Shown here: positions 27,552 through 39,143 of the stretch, one piece after another
How the letters are laid out: every line of letters begins with the position of its first letter
How positions within the stretch are numbered: position 1 is the first letter of the stretch
Assembly: GCA_965261395.1 (NCBI GenBank)
Contig: OZ253462.1
Location: forward strand, 288,001-352,000
DNA: 64,000 bases
Origin: Candidatus Latescibacterota bacterium
GTDB lineage: Bacteria; Latescibacterota; UBA2968; UBA8231
Direction: 5' to 3'
Program-made: the position numbers and the translations under genes
The notes under the pieces: generated by a model
The model's database searches: none
Seen by the model: the letters and a program-made list of their open reading frames with translations, nothing else
What the model was told of the DNA's origin: nothing

Positions 27552-30500
27552 GTTTGGAATATTGACCCGATTACTAGGGGATTGAAACCATGAGAACCTG
27601 GACGATTGTCGGATTCATCTTCTTCCGTTTGGAATATTGACCCGATTACTAGGGGATTGAAACTTCACCTCTGACGGAGCATAATCATATGGCATATTGT
27701 GTTTGGAATATTGACCCGATTACTAGGGGATTGAAACTCAGCATCTCCAAGATGCCGGACCCTTCTCCATTCGTGTCGTTTGGAATATTGACCCGATTAC
27801 TAGGGGATTGAAACCGCGAAGGGTCTCAAACCGACGTAAGTCCCACAGGTACTGTTTGGAATATTGACCCGATTACTAGGGGATTGAAACTCGAGAGGAG
27901 AATCGATCTTGTTTTCACGCAGGATTAGACGTTTGGAATATTGACCCGATTACTAGGGGATTGAAACCTACTGCGGTCAAGGACATCATAGCGTGTCTCC
28001 ATATGTCTTAGTTTGGAATATTGACCCGATTACTAGGGGATTGAAACTCAACCCGGACAACAAGATAAGCATCTCGGATATAGCTGTTTGGAATATTGAC
28101 CCGATTACTAGGGGATTGAAACGCTAACAGCACAAGCCTTGGCAATGTCCGTTTCCGTTGTTTGGAATATTGACCCGATTACTAGGGGATTGAAACTAGC
28201 ATTGTCCGATATGACCAAGCTATCGACATAGGTGTGTTTGGAATATTGACCCGATTACTAGGGGATTGAAACAGACCATGCCAAAAAAATGGGAGAGGAA
28301 ATGAATGTCTTGTTTGGAATATTGACCCGATTACTAGGGGATTGAAACCTTCTGGGCGAACTCGACTAAGTTTGCGACTTTTTCTTGGCATGTTTGGAAT
28401 ATTGACCCGATTACTAGGGGATTGAAACCTGGCCGACGGCGAGCACTGGTCCACTCGCCATCCCGGCATGAGTTTGGAATATTGACCCGATTACTAGGGG
28501 ATTGAAACCCTTGTCTTGCTCATTTACTGGAAGCGGACCCTCCCAGCACCATGTTTGGAATATTGACCCGATTACTAGGGGATTGAAACCGCTCCAGCGT
28601 GCCGTTGACCACCCCTTCTCCTTTCTCTTTGGTTTGGAATATTGACCCGATTACTAGGGGATTGAAACCTGTACTCGGTGGATGTGTCGGACGCCTCAAC
28701 AACAGAGATGTTTGGAATATTGACCCGATTACTAGGGGATTGAAACCGCGACTGGCTGTAGGTTCGACCACCACCGGCAGGATGCGTTTGGAATATTGAC
28801 CCGATTACTAGGGGATTGAAACGAAGAGACCCAGTACTGGGTACAGGTGCGGTTTGTCAATGTTTGGAATATTGACCCGATTACTAGGGGATTGAAACTG
28901 GGATCGACAGTTGGCCGGCATACGCGAAGTGGCCCAAACGTTTGGAATATTGACCCGATTACTAGGGGATTGAAACCGAGAAGATCGCCGGTTGGCCCGA
29001 ACGGATCGAGCTGCGCGCCGTTTGGAATATTGACCCGATTACTAGGGGATTGAAACCGCCCTATGTTGGGTTAGGGGAGGACAGGGGACACATGAGAGTT
29101 TGGAATATTGACCCGATTACTAGGGGATTGAAACGGGACATGGTGATGAACGAGCGTGGCAGCCGGCGACGGCGGTTTGGAATATTGACCCGATTACTAG
29201 GGGATTGAAACCTGAGAACTGTTGTTATGCACCTGCGCCAGCAACGATGTTTGGAATATTGACCCGATTACTAGGGGATTGAAACATAGATCAGACATGC
29301 TGCGCGACCTCGTTGAAATAGGGCTGGTTTGGAATATTGACCCGATTACTAGGGGATTGAAACCGTCATCGGCGTAGCCTAGGTGCACCTTGTGAGCCCC
29401 TTGTGTTTGGAATATTGACCCGATTACTAGGGGATTGAAACATCTTTCTTACTCCTCGGGAAAAAAGGCTTGCACTGCAGTTTGGAATATTGACCCGATT
29501 ACTAGGGGATTGAAACGACGGAATCCCTGGGCCGCAAGCCAGTATTCCTTTTCCGCGGTTTGGAATATTGACCCGATTACTAGGGGATTGAAACGCGGGG
29601 TGTGCTGCGGTCTACTTGGTCAATTCGTATCCATGTTTGGAATATTGACCCGATTACTAGGGGATTGAAACCAACGGCAGCTTCAAGAAGTGTGATACCA
29701 TAGAAAATCAGGTTTGGAATATTGACCCGATTACTAGGGGATTGAAACCAACGGCAGCTTCAAGAAGTGTGATACCATAGAAAATCAGGTTTGGAATATT
29801 GACCCGATTACTAGGGGATTGAAACTGGATTAATGCTATGATGGGAGGCGTCAATACCTCCGATCGTTTGGAATATTGACCCGATTACTAGGGGATTGAA
29901 ACGTGAAGAATGTTTCTTGCTCTTATGAAACTTTGGCCTTGATGTTTGGAATATTGACCCGATTACTAGGGGATTGAAACAGCACCTTGACCACCCGATG
30001 GTCCTTGCGGTCCGGGTGGTGTTTGGAATATTGACCCGATTACTAGGGGATTGAAACGGTCGTGAGGTATTGTTCAAACGTGCAGTCCTGCCGGTGTTTG
30101 GAATATTGACCCGATTACTAGGGGATTGAAACGGGAGTACATCTGATCTTGCTTTAGGGTCGTCATTAGAGTTTGGAATATTGACCCGATTACTAGGGGA
30201 TTGAAACATCTGTGCGAGGGCGTGATGACCAAGTTCCGTCATCCGTTGTTTGGAATATTGACCCGATTACTAGGGGATTGAAACTTCAACAGTTGAATGA
30301 GGCTGTCGGCATGGACGCGGGCGTTTGGAATATTGACCCGATTACTAGGGGATTGAAACACATCTTCTTTCTCTTCGCTGTTATACTTGGTCTGTTCGGT
30401 TTGGAATATTGACCCGATTACTAGGGGATTGAAACTAAACGGAGTTATGACTACGGAACAGATAAGCCTTGGTATTGGTTTGGAATATTGACCCGATTAC

Positions 30501-32443
30501 TAGGGGATTGAAACGCCAATTTATTGATATTCTGTACTCGGCCAATCTGCCAAGGTTTGGAATATTGACCCGATTACTAGGGGATTGAAACATGATCGTC
30601 AGATTCTTGTAGATCGACCACTATATCTTCCGTTTGGAATATTGACCCGATTACTAGGGGATTGAAACTCTCTCTCCGCTCTCCTTTCTGCCTTTTTCTT
30701 TTCGCGGTTTGGAATATTGACCCGATTACTAGGGGATTGAAACTTCCATATAGCAACACGATCCTTCAATAATCCTTTATGTTTGGAATATTGACCCGAT
30801 TACTAGGGGATTGAAACTCAGGACCGCGACGACATAAAGGATCAAGACTCTCGCTACGTTTGGAATATTGACCCGATTACTAGGGGATTGAAACCATGTA
30901 GGTCTTGGAGTCGGGGTCTCGATACTCGTCTTCGTTTGGAATATTGACCCGATTACTAGGGGATTGAAACCAATCATGGCGTCCTCCTCACCAGTGATAC
31001 TCGCCCTTGCGTTTGGAATATTGACCCGATTACTAGGGGATTGAAACTCTTCGTGCAGCCGGGCGGCCCGGCGAGCAAGCAGCCCTGTTTGGAATATTGA
31101 CCCGATTACTAGGGGATTGAAACATTATCTCAAAAAGGAATTTTTACCTCGTTTCGAGTCCAGTAGTTTGGAATATTGACCCGATTACTAGGGGATTGAA
31201 ACCGATGGCGCCGTCGCGTATGGACGCTATGAGGTTCTCAGACGTTTGGAATATTGACCCGATTACTAGGGGATTGAAACTGCTATTCAGCAACGACAGG
31301 TAGCTCTCGACATTCTGCTCGGTTTGGAATATTGACCCGATTACTAGGGGATTGAAACCTTTACAAGCGAAATTAAGTCAATTAGTGTCGGTCGTGGCGA
31401 CACTAAGTTTGGAATATTGACCCGATTACTAGGGGATTGAAACAAAGGAAGTTGGCGTATTATCGGAGGATACCGGCTTGTCGTGTTTGGAATATTGACC
31501 CGATTACTAGGGGATTGAAACCCGCCGGCGCGTAAGATGTTCGGCCCCCCACAAGACCGGTTTGGAATATTGACCCGATTACTAGGGGATTGAAACCCTT
31601 TTTAGTGAACATTTGGGCAGCGTATCCCCACCCTACTGTTTGGAATATTGACCCGATTACTAGGGGATTGAAACCCCGACCGCTTACGGGCGTCGAGATG
31701 GCCGCTACGTCGTTTGGAATATTGACCCGATTACTAGGGGATTGAAACGTCAAGCAATGGCTTACAGAGTTCAAACTCAGGATAAGATGTTTGGAATATT
31801 GACCCGATTACTAGGGGATTGAAACTTCTCTTCGTGATCCCTGTCGACGAAGGCGTAGTCTGCGTTTGGAATATTGACCCGATTACTAGGGGATTGAAAC
31901 TTCCACGACTCCTCCGTCGCCATCGAGAAGTTGCAAACCGGCGTTTGGAATATTGACCCGATTACTAGGGGATTGAAACGTGCGACCATTGAAATACCCC
32001 TTGTCCCAAATGTAAGCAAGTTTGGAATATTGACCCGATTACTAGGGGATTGAAACTATCACCAAGCAACGTCGTGTAACGCCCATTAGCCTCCAAGTTT
32101 GGAATATTGACCCGATTACTAGGGGATTGAAACGTCTTGTCGCCCGTCTCTGGTGGATTTAACTGACATATAGTTTGGAATATTGACCCGATTACTAGGG
32201 GATTGAAACGGGTCGGCGATGGTGAACGGCGAGGTGAACGCTACGTTGACGTTTGGAATATTGACCCGATTACTAGGGGATTGAAACCGGCCAGCTCCAG
32301 TAGCCGAGCTTTAATTATCCGGCGATGTTTGGAACTATGACCCGATTGCTAGGGAATTGAAACATTGAGGCGGCGGCGCAAAATGAAGCGAAGTATGCTG
32401 GTTGTAGTTTGGAACTATGACCCGATTGCTAGGGAATTGAAAC
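27552..32443 (+). CRISPR. CRISPR array, 37-bp repeat GTTTGGAATATTGACCCGATTACTAGGGGATTGAAAC; 62 canonical plus 2 degenerate repeats, 63 spacers
   Basis: Repeats counted by hand; spacers about 37-48 nt; 3' ATTGAAAC handle. Degenerate trailer repeats at 32327 and 32407 set the orientation. Confidence 0.98.
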
Positions 32444-32584
32444 ATTGAGGCGGATTGCGGATATCCATAACGACGTATGGATTTTGCTAGAAGCGCTAAT
32501 TATGAGGCGATCATAGACACACTAGCTTGATGCGGTCATAAGTTCACTTAGTTTAGCAGCAAACCAAAACAAAGGAAAACACCC

Positions 32585-33676
32585 GTGAAAGCTTGGCGTT
32601 TCTATGCCTTCGGCGACATGCGGCTCGACGACATTGAGCTAGCGGCCTGCCCACCCGACCACGTGCTAGTCGAGCCGCTGGTAGTCCAGCCCAGCGCGAC
32701 CGAAGCCCAGCTCGCCTTTGGAATTCCGACCTTGGCGTACGACCACATCAAGAGCCGGCTGGAGACAGACGCGCCGCTCCAGCTCTTCGGCCACGAGTTT
32801 TGCGCCCGGATTGTAGAGGTCGGGTCGGCGGTCGCAGGATACGCACCCGGCGACCGCGTGGCGGCCCGCGCCAAGCTGCCCTGCGGCGACTGCTCCATGT
32901 GCCACTCCCAGCGCAGCGACGACTGCCGGCGCGGCCCGATCATCGGCTTCCAACTGCCCGGCTGCTTTGCCGAGCGCGCCCTGCTCCCGGCCATTGCGCT
33001 GGTCAAGGTCGATGACCGCATCTCCGACAGCGAGGCCGCCACCCTGCAATCGCTGAGCGACAGCATCGCCGGAGTCGAGACCGCACAGATCCGACCGGGC
33101 GATTCCGTCGCCGTCTTTGGCCAAGGCAGCATGGGCATCGAAAGTATGCAGGCCGCGCGCGCCTGCGGAGCGGGCCAGCTCATCACCGTGGATGTGCGGC
33201 CCGAGGCTTGCGAGATCTCGCTCGCGCTGGGGGCCGATCACGCAATCAACGCCCGCGAGGACGATCCGGTCGAGGCAATCCGCGACCTGACCGGCGGCGA
33301 GGGTGCAGACGTGGTATTCGAGTGCGCCGGCGGCAGCGTCAAGCAGGGACTAGCCGGCGACCGAGCGCTCAAACAGGCCATGCACGCGGTGCGCTCCGGC
33401 GGCAAGCTGGTGGGCGTTTCTTGGTTTGGAACACCCCTAGAACTGGATGTGGACCTGCTGCGGGAACGCAGCCTGCGCTACCTCTTCCCGGACATCAGCT
33501 CGCAGGCCCATCTAGAGTACACGGTGCGGTTGGTGGCCTCGGGACGCATCAGCATGAAACCCACCATCCGGCACGTCTTAGAGGGAATCGATAAGGTGCC
33601 GGAGGCATTTGAAATCACGGCGCACAAAGCCCAATACCAAGCCATCAATCCCGCGCAGGTCGTGATCGCCACTTAG
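32585..33676 (+). CDS. Zinc-dependent alcohol dehydrogenase family protein
   Basis: GHEF, CGDCSMC..C structural Zn, GQGSMG, VVFECAG. Confidence 0.9.
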   Translation: MKAWRFYAFGDMRLDDIELAACPPDHVLVEPLVVQPSATEAQLAFGIPTLAYDHIKSRLETDAPLQLFGHEFCARIVEVGSAVAGYAPGDRVAARAKLPCGDCSMCHSQRSDDCRRGPIIGFQLPGCFAERALLPAIALVKVDDRISDSEAATLQSLSDSIAGVETAQIRPGDSVAVFGQGSMGIESMQAARACGAGQLITVDVRPEACEISLALGADHAINAREDDPVEAIRDLTGGEGADVVFECAGGSVKQGLAGDRALKQAMHAVRSGGKLVGVSWFGTPLELDVDLLRERSLRYLFPDISSQAHLEYTVRLVASGRISMKPTIRHVLEGIDKVPEAFEITAHKAQYQAINPAQVVIAT

Positions 33677-34527
33677 GGAATATCTGGATAGTTCAACGGC
33701 ATCCCCGTCTTGCCCAGCTCGTAGTGCGCTATGTGCCAACGCCCCAAGTTGGCGCTGAGAAAGAGCGACCGATCCGGGCCGCAGAAGGCGATATTGGTCG
33801 GAGCCGCCATGGCAGTGCCCTCGTAATCGTCGGCCAAAATGTCGAGTTGACCGTCGGCATACCGATAGATGCGGTCCGGGCGATAGCAAGAGCAGTACAG
33901 AGTGCCCCCGTCGTCAAAGGCAAGGCCGTCGGGAACGGTCTGCGGCAGGTCGAACACGGTCTCGGCGGCACCGGCGCGGCCGTCGGCCTCGATTTTGATG
34001 CGGGCTACGCGGGGGTTGATGCTCATGGCCACATAGAGGTATTCGCCCGTCGCATCCAGCGCTGTGCCATTGGGGAAATCTGGCAGGGCGCGGCTCCACA
34101 CCTCGCCTTGGCCTCCTGGGGCGATCCTGCAAATCCAACCGTCGTTTTTGTGCCAGCCTCCGGAATTGGACACATAGAGGTTGCCAGCCGCGTCAAAGAC
34201 CGGGTAGTTGGCCGCGCTCAGTGGCACCTCGCCCACGCGGTCGCAATACGTGCTAACCGCACCGTCCGGCTCGACCCGCTTGACGCCGTTGCTACAGACA
34301 TACAGGCGGTGCTGGGCATCCTGACAGATGCCGCCGACAAAGCCGCCGACTTGGGCGAACTCTTCGAATTCGCGCCGGGCCAAATCGATGCGGTATATCT
34401 GGCCTGCTTCGCCGCCGGCATAGGCATAGCCATCGCAGCCCCAAGCAATGCACTCGGGATGGTCGAGGCCGCTGCCAAAGTCGCCGATAATCGCTGAAAT
34501 TTGGGTGTGGGTATCGAGAAGAGCCAT
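33673..34527 (-). CDS. SMP-30/gluconolactonase family protein
   Basis: LDHPEC, FPNG, VPDGLAFD, APTNIAF. Confidence 0.88.
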   Translation of the reverse strand: MALLDTHTQISAIIGDFGSGLDHPECIAWGCDGYAYAGGEAGQIYRIDLARREFEEFAQVGGFVGGICQDAQHRLYVCSNGVKRVEPDGAVSTYCDRVGEVPLSAANYPVFDAAGNLYVSNSGGWHKNDGWICRIAPGGQGEVWSRALPDFPNGTALDATGEYLYVAMSINPRVARIKIEADGRAGAAETVFDLPQTVPDGLAFDDGGTLYCSCYRPDRIYRYADGQLDILADDYEGTAMAAPTNIAFCGPDRSLFLSANLGRWHIAHYELGKTGMPLNYPDIP

Positions 34528-34664
34528 AACGTTCCTTTCGCAATAGAGGTTGCAAGGTCGGCACCGACGGTAATTCAAAGTCGCCGCGCCGACAAGCCCA
34601 TTATTGACAGCCGCCCACGGGTGCGCTATGGTCTGCTCGCCCAACATTCACCCCGGAAGGCCCC

Positions 34665-35798
34665 GTGAAAGCCACTAAAATCGAACGCTTGGAGCCGATC
34701 CTCTGGCACCGCTGGCTCCTCCTGAAAATCCACTGCGAAGACGGCACTATCGGCATCGGCGAGGGCGGCGTCCACGGCTGGCAGCGGCCCACCAAAACCA
34801 TGCTCGAAACCATGGCCCCGGCCCTCGTTGGCCAGGACCCTGCCCGCATCGAGCACCACTACCAGTGGCTCTACCGCTCATCGCACTTTATGGGATCGGT
34901 CGTCCAAGGAGCGCTCTCGGCCATTGACATCGCCCTGTGGGATATCAAGGGCAAGCGACTCGACGTGCCGATCTATGACTTGATGGGCGGCAAGACCCGC
35001 GACAAGGTCCGCTGCTACATGCACGTCGGCGGCGATTCGCTCGACGCGCTCGTCGCCGATGGCTTGGCCAAGGTGCAGCAGGGCTTTACCGCCCTCCGCT
35101 TCTCGCCCTTTGCGCCCAACTACTACCTGCACAAGTCCTACGCCGAGTGGGCCGACGAAGCCGTGCGCCGCGTCGGCGCGCTGCGCGAAGCCGTTGGCAA
35201 TGGCATCGACCTCTGCGTCGAGATCCACCGCCAGATGAATCCCGCCGAATCGATTTGGCTCGGCCGCCGCCTCGAACAATTTCACCCGTACTTCTACGAA
35301 GACCCCATGCTGCCCGACAGCCCGGCGATCATGGGCGAGGTCCAAGCCCAGTGCAATATCCCCATCGCCACCGGCGAACGCTTTTCCAGCATCTTCGAGT
35401 ACCAACAACTCCTCGATGCTAAGGCCACCTCCTACATCCGGCCGGACGTTTGCCTGTGCAGCGGCTTGACCGGATCCAAGAAGGTCGCGGCCATGGCCGA
35501 AGCCCGCCACGTCAAAGTCATTCCGCACAATCCCCTCAGCCCGGTCAGCACGGCCGCCTGCATCCAGCTCGACGCCTGCATCCCCAATTTCGCCTTGCAG
35601 GAATACACCGGCGAAGCCGAGCCGCCCAAGAGCGAACTGTTGGTCGAGCCGCTGCAATTAGAAAAAGGCTACTTGATCGTGCCCGAGGGACCCGGCCTCG
35701 GGATCGCGCTCAACGAGGAGGCCTTGCGCCTCCATCCAGTCCAAGACAAGGTCCTCGACGCGCCCATCGGCTACGACGGGTCGGTGCAAGACCGCTAA
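34665..35798 (+). CDS. Galactonate dehydratase-like enolase-superfamily enzyme
   Basis: ALSAIDIALWDIKGK, GGKTRDKVR, EIH, YEDP, ATGER, PHNP. Confidence 0.88.
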   Translation: MKATKIERLEPILWHRWLLLKIHCEDGTIGIGEGGVHGWQRPTKTMLETMAPALVGQDPARIEHHYQWLYRSSHFMGSVVQGALSAIDIALWDIKGKRLDVPIYDLMGGKTRDKVRCYMHVGGDSLDALVADGLAKVQQGFTALRFSPFAPNYYLHKSYAEWADEAVRRVGALREAVGNGIDLCVEIHRQMNPAESIWLGRRLEQFHPYFYEDPMLPDSPAIMGEVQAQCNIPIATGERFSSIFEYQQLLDAKATSYIRPDVCLCSGLTGSKKVAAMAEARHVKVIPHNPLSPVSTAACIQLDACIPNFALQEYTGEAEPPKSELLVEPLQLEKGYLIVPEGPGLGIALNEEALRLHPVQDKVLDAPIGYDGSVQDR

Positions 35799-35807
35799 GG
35801 ATACATC

Positions 35808-36659
35808 ATGGATTTTGCAAAATTAGCAGACGAACAACGCGAATTTTTCGACGCCAACGGCTATCTCATCATCCCCAATGCGCTCGATCAGCAGACCATC
35901 GATCAGGTTGCCGCAGCCGCCGACCGCCTGATGGACGACTTTGCCTACGAGGGCTATTACCAGCACCGCCGTGACGGTATCGTCCAAGACCCAACCCTCG
36001 CCAAGCTGGCCATCGCCTCGGCGATCGTCCCGCTCGTCATCCAGGTCCTCGGCACCCATATCCACATCACCAACACGGCCCTGATCTACAAACACCCCCA
36101 GCCCGCCGACGACCCCGTCGACTGCACCTGGCACCGCGACGTGGGTGTCCACCTCGACTTGGGGCACGCCCGTATTCCGCGCGTTGGCCTCAAGGTTGGC
36201 TACTGCCTCACCGACATGGACGGCCCCCATACCGGCGCCACGCTCTTCGCGCCCGGTAGCAATCGCCTCGCCGAACCCCTCGTCATCCCCAAAGACCGGA
36301 TCCATCCCGCAGAGTACCTCGAACCCCGCCTCAAAGCCGGCGACGCCTTTCTCTTTGAAAGCCGCATCTACCACGGCGCGGCGATCAACAGCCAAGACCA
36401 TGTCTCCAAGGTCGCGATGTTTGGCTATCACTACGGCTGGATCCGCCCCGATTACTATATGCGCTACTACGACGGCGAGGCCCAACCGAGCGCGGCCGTG
36501 GTCGCCGACCTCGACGACGTCGGCCGCCAGCTCCTAGGGGCCACCGCCGACGCGCAAGGACGCGAAGACCCCAACGGCATCCACTGGCCCATCGCCGAAT
36601 GGACCGCCGAACACGGGTTGTCTTTGGCAAGAGCACCGCAGCGAATCGACGCGGTGTAA
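35808..36659 (+). CDS. PhyH family dioxygenase
   Basis: FFDANGYL, WHRD, PGSN, IYHG. Confidence 0.88.
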   Translation: MDFAKLADEQREFFDANGYLIIPNALDQQTIDQVAAAADRLMDDFAYEGYYQHRRDGIVQDPTLAKLAIASAIVPLVIQVLGTHIHITNTALIYKHPQPADDPVDCTWHRDVGVHLDLGHARIPRVGLKVGYCLTDMDGPHTGATLFAPGSNRLAEPLVIPKDRIHPAEYLEPRLKAGDAFLFESRIYHGAAINSQDHVSKVAMFGYHYGWIRPDYYMRYYDGEAQPSAAVVADLDDVGRQLLGATADAQGREDPNGIHWPIAEWTAEHGLSLARAPQRIDAV

Positions 36660-36772
36660 GGTTAGGATTGGCACGCGAACGAAACGCACATCGCGGAGGA
36701 AGAAATCTCCGCGTCGAGAGTGTGTCGCGTATTTAAGAAATCGCACCCCAACAGAAAGGCTCTAGTACCACC

Positions 36773-38200
36773 ATGAAAATCCGCCCCTTCAGCACGAGAC
36801 ACCTCTCGCACTGCATCCTAGCCACCCTCATCACCACCATAGCCTCCATGACCCACGCCCAAGCCGATTCCGACCGCATCCAGCCCTATGACGCCAATCC
36901 GCGCTACTGGCAATACAAAGGCCAGCCCGTGCTCCTGCTAGGTGGAACGATCAAAGACTGCCTCTTCCAAATACCCGATCTCAAAGCCCATCTCGACCTG
37001 CTGCAATCGGTCGGCGGCAACTACGTGCGCAATACCATGAGCGACCGGCGCGTCTACGGCTATGAGGTCCCAGCCTTCCACCAAAATGCCGACGGCCAGT
37101 ACGACCTCAACCGCTGGAACCCGACGTATTGGCAGCGCTTTGCCGATTTTCTGCGCTGGACCGCAGAGCGCGACATCATCGTCCAGATAGAAATGTGGGA
37201 TCGCTTTGACCACAGCCAACAATATTGGCAAGAAGGCCCTCTCAATCCGGCCAACAATATCAACTATACCGTCGAGGAATCGGGCCTAGAAACGGACTAT
37301 CCCGTCCACCCTGGCGGCAACCGGCAGCCTTTTTTCTATACCGTCCCCACTTTGCGCAACAACCAAGTCGTGCTGCCTTACCAACAGGCCTTCGTCGATC
37401 AAGTCCTCAAGCATTCCCTCGCCTACGACCACGTGCTCTACTGCATGGACAACGAAACCAGCGGCGACCCTGCGTGGGGTGCCTATTGGAACGACTATAT
37501 CAAGGAGCGGGCGCAGCAGGCGGGCAAGACCGTTGAAACCACGGAAATGTGGGACGAGTGGGACGTGCGCGGGCAGACCCATCGCGCCACCTTCGACCAC
37601 CCAGAGCAGTATTCTTTCATCGACATCTCGCAGAATAGCTGGCAGCGCGAGCAGACCAATTGGGATCGCGCGCAGTGGGTGTGGCAGTACATCGCCGCCC
37701 AGCCTCGGCCGATCAATTCGACCAAGATCTACGGTGCCGAGACCCACCGGGATCAAAGCCGAGGCATCGACGCCCGCCACGCCACCGAGTGCTTTTGGCG
37801 CAACCTCATCGGTGGCTTCGCCTCCAGCCGCTTTCATCGGCCGGATTCCGGCATCGGGCTAAGCCCCCAAGCTCAAGCCCACATTCGCAGCGGTCGTCTG
37901 CTGTCCGAGGTCTTCGACTTTTTCAACGCCGCGCCGGATTCCGACAGCGCCCTGCTGCGCGACCGCGCCGCCAACGAGGCCTATCTCAGCCGCGTCCCCG
38001 GCCGCCAGTACGCGCTCTACTTTACCGACGGCGGCGCTGTGGGTCTTGATCTGACTGGGGCAGAAAGTACCTTCGAGGTCCAATGGCTCGACATTGCCGC
38101 CAGCACCTGGACTGCCACCGCCGACTTAGACGGTGGCAGTGTAGTGCAACTAGCCCCTCCCCGAGGCGGCCCCTCGGTCGCCCTGCTGACGCGGCGATAG
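36773..38200 (+). CDS. Secreted glycoside-hydrolase-like TIM-barrel protein with C-terminal collagen-binding-like domain
   Basis: Signal peptide, NPRYWQYKGQPVLLLG, MDNET, C-terminal YALYF..GG..VQWLD. Confidence 0.65.
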   Translation: MKIRPFSTRHLSHCILATLITTIASMTHAQADSDRIQPYDANPRYWQYKGQPVLLLGGTIKDCLFQIPDLKAHLDLLQSVGGNYVRNTMSDRRVYGYEVPAFHQNADGQYDLNRWNPTYWQRFADFLRWTAERDIIVQIEMWDRFDHSQQYWQEGPLNPANNINYTVEESGLETDYPVHPGGNRQPFFYTVPTLRNNQVVLPYQQAFVDQVLKHSLAYDHVLYCMDNETSGDPAWGAYWNDYIKERAQQAGKTVETTEMWDEWDVRGQTHRATFDHPEQYSFIDISQNSWQREQTNWDRAQWVWQYIAAQPRPINSTKIYGAETHRDQSRGIDARHATECFWRNLIGGFASSRFHRPDSGIGLSPQAQAHIRSGRLLSEVFDFFNAAPDSDSALLRDRAANEAYLSRVPGRQYALYFTDGGAVGLDLTGAESTFEVQWLDIAASTWTATADLDGGSVVQLAPPRGGPSVALLTRR

Positions 38201-38204
38201 CATT

Positions 38205-39143
38205 ATGACCACTAGCGACCGCGTCTTCTTCGGCCAGACCGATCTTCAGGTCTCGCGCTTGTGCCAAGGCACCGCCTTTCGCCACCTGCCCCGCGCCGAC
38301 AACCCCCAATCCCTAGCCGTGCTCCACCACTGCTTGGACCAAGGCGTCAACTTCTTCGACACAGCGCAGGCCTACGGTTGGGGCGGAGCCGAGGAGGTAT
38401 TGGGGCGGGCGATCGCTGGTCGGCGCGACGAGGTCGTTATTTGCACCAAAATTCCTGCTTCGCTGGCCCCCACAAGCGACGGTGATCCCGGCAAGCACGT
38501 CCGCTATACCCGCGCTCATCTCACCGACCGTCTCGAAGAAAGTCTCCGTCGCCTCCGCACCGACCACGTCGATCTCTACCTTTTACACCACCGCGACGCG
38601 GACACGCCGCCGGAGGCCATCGCCGAGGTCATGGAGGATCTGGTGCAGGCCGGCAAGACTCGCTACTGGGGCGTCTCCAACCACCGCGCCGCCGAAGTCG
38701 CAGCCTTTCTCGACCTAGCTCCCATCGCTGGCGTCGAGGACTACTACAATATCGCCGGCAGCCACTGCGACGAAATGGGACGCTCGCGAGTAGAAATCTA
38801 CGAGGAAGAAATGTTGCCCCTGCTGCGGCGCACCGGCCTAGGCTGCCTAGCCTTCAGCCCGATGGACACCGGCCTCCTAGCCCGCCCCAACGACCCAGCC
38901 CTCGCCGCTTTAGTCGCCGCCATCGACCAAGTCGCCGCCGACTTAGGCACCTCCCGCGCTGCCGTCTGCGTCGCTTGGGTCCTACATCAGGGCCTTACCT
39001 GTGTACTCGCTGGTGCCGAAAGCGCCGCGCACGTCGACGCCAATCTCCAAGGCACCTGTCTCCAATTTCCCGCGGACGCCCTCGCCGCCCTCGACCAAGC
39101 GCGCCGCACCTACCGCGCCAGCCAACAGGAGCAACGCCCGTGA
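38205..39143 (+). CDS. Aldo/keto reductase
   Basis: GVNFFDTAQAYG, ICTK, SLRRLRTDHVDLYLLH, WGVSN. Confidence 0.9.
   Translation: MTTSDRVFFGQTDLQVSRLCQGTAFRHLPRADNPQSLAVLHHCLDQGVNFFDTAQAYGWGGAEEVLGRAIAGRRDEVVICTKIPASLAPTSDGDPGKHVRYTRAHLTDRLEESLRRLRTDHVDLYLLHHRDADTPPEAIAEVMEDLVQAGKTRYWGVSNHRAAEVAAFLDLAPIAGVEDYYNIAGSHCDEMGRSRVEIYEEEMLPLLRRTGLGCLAFSPMDTGLLARPNDPALAALVAAIDQVAADLGTSRAAVCVAWVLHQGLTCVLAGAESAAHVDANLQGTCLQFPADALAALDQARRTYRASQQEQRP

Noticed and set aside
27688-27700. Spacer 2 end (TATGGCATA) resembling the leader end
   Set aside because: A 9-nt match is too short to distinguish from chance.
28182-32019. Numerous ORFs on both strands inside the CRISPR array
   Set aside because: They are translations of repeat-spacer units (recurring FQSPSNRVNIPN and VWNIDPITRGLK), not genes.
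36669-36683. TGGCACGCGAACGAA as a second sigma54 promoter
   Set aside because: It has the -24 TGGCAC but no TTGC/GC at -12.
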